From: an uncultured Gammaproteobacteria bacterium | GTDB taxonomy: Bacteria > Pseudomonadota > Gammaproteobacteria > GCA-002705445 > GCA-002716945 | NCBI GenBank assembly: GCA_913048065.1 | Contig: CAJWVG010000001.1 | Location: 11,225-75,224, forward strand | Length of the DNA stretch: 64,000 nt | Direction of reading: 5' to 3' | Part shown: in pieces, positions 60,373 through 64,000 of the stretch | Numbering within the stretch: position 1 is the stretch's first letter | Layout: each line of letters starts with the position of its first letter | The notes under the pieces: generated by a model | The model's database searches: none | Told to the model about the DNA's origin: nothing | Seen by the model: the letters and a program-made list of their open reading frames with translations, nothing else | Made by a program: the position numbers and the translations under genes

Positions 60373-62388
60373 ATGAAAATAAGTTTAAACTGGCTCAAAG
60401 AATATATACCAAATATAAAAAAAAATAATATTTTTGTGAATGAATTGACAGCACTTGGTTTAGAAGTTTCTAGCGCCAAAAGAATAAAGAAAGATACAAT
60501 AATTGATATTGACATGACACCTAATAGAGCCGACTGTCTATCTATCATTGGTATTGCTAGAGATGTCAGTCCACTTTATAATAAAATTGTCAAATATCCT
60601 GAATGTGTAAAGTTAAACCAATCAAAAACTAACAATCTATCAAACATTAATAAAAGTATATGTCCTGCTTATAGCGCGCTTGTGATTATGGGCATTGATA
60701 ACAAAATTAAAACTCCTACTTATATTAGAACTAGACTAGACGCTTGTGGTATTAGTTGTATAAATTTTATAGTAGATGTTTTAAATTATGTGATGCTTGA
60801 AGTAGGGCAACCTATGCATGCATTCGATAAAGATAAATTTGATGGAAAGGTTTGCGTAAGATATGCAAAGAAAAATGAAAAAATAAATGCATTAGATGGA
60901 GAAGAATACTCTTTATCAACAGAAACCCCTGTAATAACCGATAATAAAAGTGTACAGGCTATAGCGGGCATTATAGGTTCAACTCAATCGTCTGTTAATT
61001 TAAAAACAAAAAATATTATTATCGAATCTGCTTTCTTTACTCCTAGTATAATTCGTAAGACGGCAAAATCCTATAGACTTCAAACTGATGCATCTTATAG
61101 ATTTGAACGAGGTGTGGATCCTGAAATAAATAAATATGCTATTGCTAGAGTGCTATCAATCATAAAAAACCATATGAGCATCAATAAATATTATTTTAAT
61201 AATATAAAAATCAAGAAAATTGCTAATCATGTCGGGAAAACTGTTAAAATTCATCCATCTGAATTTAGTCAGTTGCTAGGAACGGATATACAATTAAAAT
61301 TTATAATAAAAACTTTAAAATATCTTGGTTTCAAGCCAAAGATGAATAAATCATTTATACAAACTACCGTACCTAGCCATAGATTTGATATTAATATTTC
61401 TCATGATTTAGTAGAGGAAGTCGCAAGAATTTATGGCTATGATAATTTCAAACCTATCCTTAAAGTTGATTCTATTTCTTATAAATCATCCAAACTCAAT
61501 AAAATTAACTCTTATTCGAATATCTTAACTTCCAGAGGATACAATGAGACCATATCATTTAGCTTTCTTCCTAAAGGTTCGCAAAAAAAATACTCTGAGA
61601 GTAATATTATTGAGATTATGAACCCAATATCTTCGGACAAGTCCGAAATGAGATTAACATTAATTCATAGTCTTCTGCGAACTTGTCAATACAATCATAG
61701 TCGACAACACTATAATGTGAAACTATTTGAATATGGAAAGACTTACAAAAAATCTTCGAAATCTAAAATCATTGAGCAGAATATCCTTGCGGGACTAATA
61801 TCTGGCATTAATTCTGAATTGAACATCAAGAGCGAACAAAAAGATTTAACATTTTTTGATCTCAAGGGTGATTTGATATCATTATTTCCAAATTTATCTT
61901 TCAAACCTTCGATAGATTCTTCTTATTTAGATAAATCATGCCAAGCTAATATTTATCAAGATAAAAATATTATTGGGTATTGTGGAGAGCCTAAGAAAGA
62001 GATTTATAATCTTTTTGATTTAAAAAATAAGGTTTTCTGCTTTGAGATAATGACAGATAAATTAAACAATGAGGAGTCTATAAAATATTCGAATATTAGT
62101 ATATTCCCGAAAATCAAGAGGGATTTAACCGTTTTAATTGATGATAAAATTTTAGGACAAGATATAATAGATGCTATAGAAAGAAAATCTTTTAACTATA
62201 TGATAAATAGCAAAATAAGCGATATATTCTATAATGAGGCAGAATTCGGCCCTAGCATGAAAAGTATGTCATTCGAATTTATATTTCAAGATAAGAAAGG
62301 GACGCTGACTGATAACACTATTAATTCTGAAATGGACAAGATTTTTTCTTTTATCAAACAAAGTTTTAAGGCAAAAATACGAACTTAG
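60373..62388 (+). CDS. pheT: phenylalanine--tRNA ligase beta subunit, shortened to 671 aa
   Basis: MKISLNWLKEYI N-terminus, B3/B4 and B5 domains. Shorter than the roughly 795 aa of E. coli PheT. Confidence 0.9.
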   Translation: MKISLNWLKEYIPNIKKNNIFVNELTALGLEVSSAKRIKKDTIIDIDMTPNRADCLSIIGIARDVSPLYNKIVKYPECVKLNQSKTNNLSNINKSICPAYSALVIMGIDNKIKTPTYIRTRLDACGISCINFIVDVLNYVMLEVGQPMHAFDKDKFDGKVCVRYAKKNEKINALDGEEYSLSTETPVITDNKSVQAIAGIIGSTQSSVNLKTKNIIIESAFFTPSIIRKTAKSYRLQTDASYRFERGVDPEINKYAIARVLSIIKNHMSINKYYFNNIKIKKIANHVGKTVKIHPSEFSQLLGTDIQLKFIIKTLKYLGFKPKMNKSFIQTTVPSHRFDINISHDLVEEVARIYGYDNFKPILKVDSISYKSSKLNKINSYSNILTSRGYNETISFSFLPKGSQKKYSESNIIEIMNPISSDKSEMRLTLIHSLLRTCQYNHSRQHYNVKLFEYGKTYKKSSKSKIIEQNILAGLISGINSELNIKSEQKDLTFFDLKGDLISLFPNLSFKPSIDSSYLDKSCQANIYQDKNIIGYCGEPKKEIYNLFDLKNKVFCFEIMTDKLNNEESIKYSNISIFPKIKRDLTVLIDDKILGQDIIDAIERKSFNYMINSKISDIFYNEAEFGPSMKSMSFEFIFQDKKGTLTDNTINSEMDKIFSFIKQSFKAKIRT

Positions 62389-62397
62389 AAGAGAGAA

Positions 62398-62700
62398 ATG
62401 ACTATAACAAAAAATTCACTTGTAGAAATAATTCACAATGAAGTCGGTTTTAATAAGAGAGAGGCCAAAGAATTTATTGAAGAATTTTTCGAAACAATCA
62501 AGAAAAATCTTGAAGAAGGAAAGGATATTAAATTTTCAGGTTTTGGGAATTTCGTACTTAGAGATAAAGTTGCAAGACCAGGCAGGAATCCAAAAACTGG
62601 CGAAGACGTCCTAATAAGCGAGAGACGGGTCGTTACATTTAAGTCTGGCTTAAAACTAAAGCATAAATTAGAGGCATATGATGGAAAATCCGAGTCCTAA
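62398..62700 (+). CDS. ihfA: integration host factor alpha subunit
   Basis: [22 protein letters not shown]; follows pheT. Confidence 0.9.
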   Translation: MTITKNSLVEIIHNEVGFNKREAKEFIEEFFETIKKNLEEGKDIKFSGFGNFVLRDKVARPGRNPKTGEDVLISERRVVTFKSGLKLKHKLEAYDGKSES

Positions 62701-63034
62701 TCAAGGTATTAATATTCCCAATAAAAGATATTTTACAATTGGCGAAGCATCAAAGATATGTGATATTAAAGCACATGTTTTAAGATATTGGGAACAGGAA
62801 TTTAAAGAGCTGGACCCAATCAAAAGAAAAGGTAATAGGAGATATTATCAACAAAAAGACTTAATATTAGTTCTTCAAATCAAAGATTTACTACAAAATC
62901 AAGGTTTTACAGTTGATGGTGCTGTTAATATGATTAGTAGTGTAAATGAAAAAACGACTGAAAAACCCCATAGTCATTTGGTCAAACAACTCAAATCAGA
63001 TCTTGAAAATGTATTATCTATTCTGAAAAAATAA
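62678..63034 (+). CDS. MerR-family transcriptional regulator
   Basis: [25 protein letters not shown], 118 aa. The conserved MerR regulator downstream of ihfA. Confidence 0.75.
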   Translation: MMENPSPNQGINIPNKRYFTIGEASKICDIKAHVLRYWEQEFKELDPIKRKGNRRYYQQKDLILVLQIKDLLQNQGFTVDGAVNMISSVNEKTTEKPHSHLVKQLKSDLENVLSILKK

Positions 63035-63035
63035 T

Positions 63036-63695
63036 ATGTTACCATCCTTTAGGGAAAAATATAATTATCCAAAATATCATATAAATAGAGTTGATAATAT
63101 GCGGTTCTATTCTGTTTCAGAAGAAATTAATGTACCGAGTGTAACAAGTATTCTTAGGAAAACTCGCTTATCTGGCTCCAATGATGATTGGGCTAGTCAA
63201 ACAAAAACAGTAGCTATAGATATTGGTAATTTGATGCATAAATATTTAGAACACTACATATCTAAAGATGAGGTATTCTATGATGTCTCAGTTAACTATG
63301 ATATTGCTAAGAAACTAGCACATATAATTATAGATAATTTTATAAATGGATTAGATGAAATCTGGGGATCTGAAGCCTCTGTTTTATACAAAAATTTATA
63401 TGCTGGAACAATAGATTTAATTGGAATAAGTAATGATAAATTATCTATTATAGATTTTAAATCATCATATAGAAAAAAAACTAAAAATGAAATGGATGAA
63501 TATTTCATTCAATTAGCTGCATACTCAGTTGCACATGACTGGCAACATAACACTAATATTGATTCTGCAACAATCTTTCTTGCTATAAGAAATGGAGACT
63601 TTGAAAAGACAACAATTTCATCTGATGAGTTTTTCTATTATAAAAAAAAATGGTTTGAGAGATTGGATGCATATTCACGGTTATTGGAAAAATAA
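63036..63695 (+). CDS. RecB-family PD-(D/E)XK nuclease-domain protein (hypothetical)
   Basis: Motifs GTIDLIG (D), IIDFK (DxK) and QLAAY (QxxxY) in the spacing typical of RecB/Cas4/YqaJ-like nucleases. Confidence 0.5.
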   Translation: MLPSFREKYNYPKYHINRVDNMRFYSVSEEINVPSVTSILRKTRLSGSNDDWASQTKTVAIDIGNLMHKYLEHYISKDEVFYDVSVNYDIAKKLAHIIIDNFINGLDEIWGSEASVLYKNLYAGTIDLIGISNDKLSIIDFKSSYRKKTKNEMDEYFIQLAAYSVAHDWQHNTNIDSATIFLAIRNGDFEKTTISSDEFFYYKKKWFERLDAYSRLLEK

Positions 63696-64000
63696 ATGAT
63701 AAATGTAGAAGAAATATTGGAGAATAATAAACAAAACAGCAAAAGATTTCATGAAATCCGGAGGTTGGTTTGACTATGATATGATGACAAAACGTTTAGA
63801 CGCTATTACGTCAGAGTTAGCGCTTGAAGATAACTGGAGTGATAAATCTAAATTGATGTCTTTGCAAAAAGAGCAAAAACAAAAACAAAGTACTCTAAAT
63901 ACACTAGATACAATCAAAGATGATATTGAATTGATAGATTACACAATAACATCCCTAATAAAAGATAATGATATTCATGACAATGCTGAAATGATTGAAG
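63696..64000 (+). CDS. prfB: peptide chain release factor 2 with its programmed +1 frameshift. ORF1 runs 63696-63773 and the protein continues in the +1 frame from 63772. The 3' end lies outside the window.
   Basis: A 25-codon ORF1 ends at an in-frame TGA, exactly as in E. coli prfB. The +1 frame then reads DYDMMTKRLDAITSELA..., which aligns to RF2 DYDAKKERLEEVNAELE. Confidence 0.8.
63760..63774 (+). promoter_or_regulatory. prfB frameshift cassette: internal SD GGAGG, 3-nt spacer, slippery GTT TGA C
   Basis: GGAGGTTGGTTTGAC parallels AGGGGGTATCTTTGAC of E. coli prfB. Confidence 0.7.

Overview
This window is a 64 kb chromosomal segment that is very AT-rich (about 27-28% GC by eye). It is densely coding with short intergenic spacers, and has the gene content and order of a gammaproteobacterium with a moderately reduced genome. 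I see no rRNA, CRISPR array, IS element or integrase.

The core blocks are syntenic and mostly Pseudomonas-like rather than enterobacterial:
- hisC-tyrA-aroA-cmk-rpsA-ihfB, then lapA-lapB-pyrF
- queA-tgt-yajC-secD-secF
- iscR-iscS-iscA-hscB-hscA-fdx-iscX-ndk-hisS-yfgM-bamB-der
- smc, ligA, dapD, mltF, rne, with rluC divergent from rne
- nnrD-tsaE-miaA-hfq-hflK-hflC-hisZ-purA-rlmB-rpsF-rpsR-rplI-dnaB
- galU, uvrB, then tRNA-Val followed by thrS-infC-rpmI-rplT-pheS-pheT-ihfA

Three tRNA genes are present: Leu-CAA, Asn-GTT and Val-GAC.

The most interesting region is 8301-11130. A perfect 54-nt direct repeat of the 3' half of tRNA-Leu(CAA) brackets a 2.7 kb insert. The insert carries a beta-class DNA methyltransferase (SPPY motif, zinc-ribbon insertion) and, tail to tail with it at a 1-bp gap, an uncharacterised 386-aa protein. 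I interpret this as a tRNA-integrated restriction-modification-like islet that has no integrase and carries a novel candidate restriction endonuclease.

Other notable points:
- The isc operon has no iscU, although hscBA are retained.
- prfB carries its programmed +1 frameshift, but on GUU UGA C rather than the usual CUU UGA C.
- A DUF4242 gene of higher GC with a strong SD looks horizontally acquired.
- SuhB has substitutions in the IMPase motifs.
- RNase E is short, with a Lys/Asn/Tyr-rich tail.
- The hfq-region cluster lacks amiB, mutL and hflX.
- tRNA-Val sits 11 nt upstream of thrS with no SD.
- The window ends with a MerR-family regulator and a RecB-family PD-(D/E)XK protein next to prfB.
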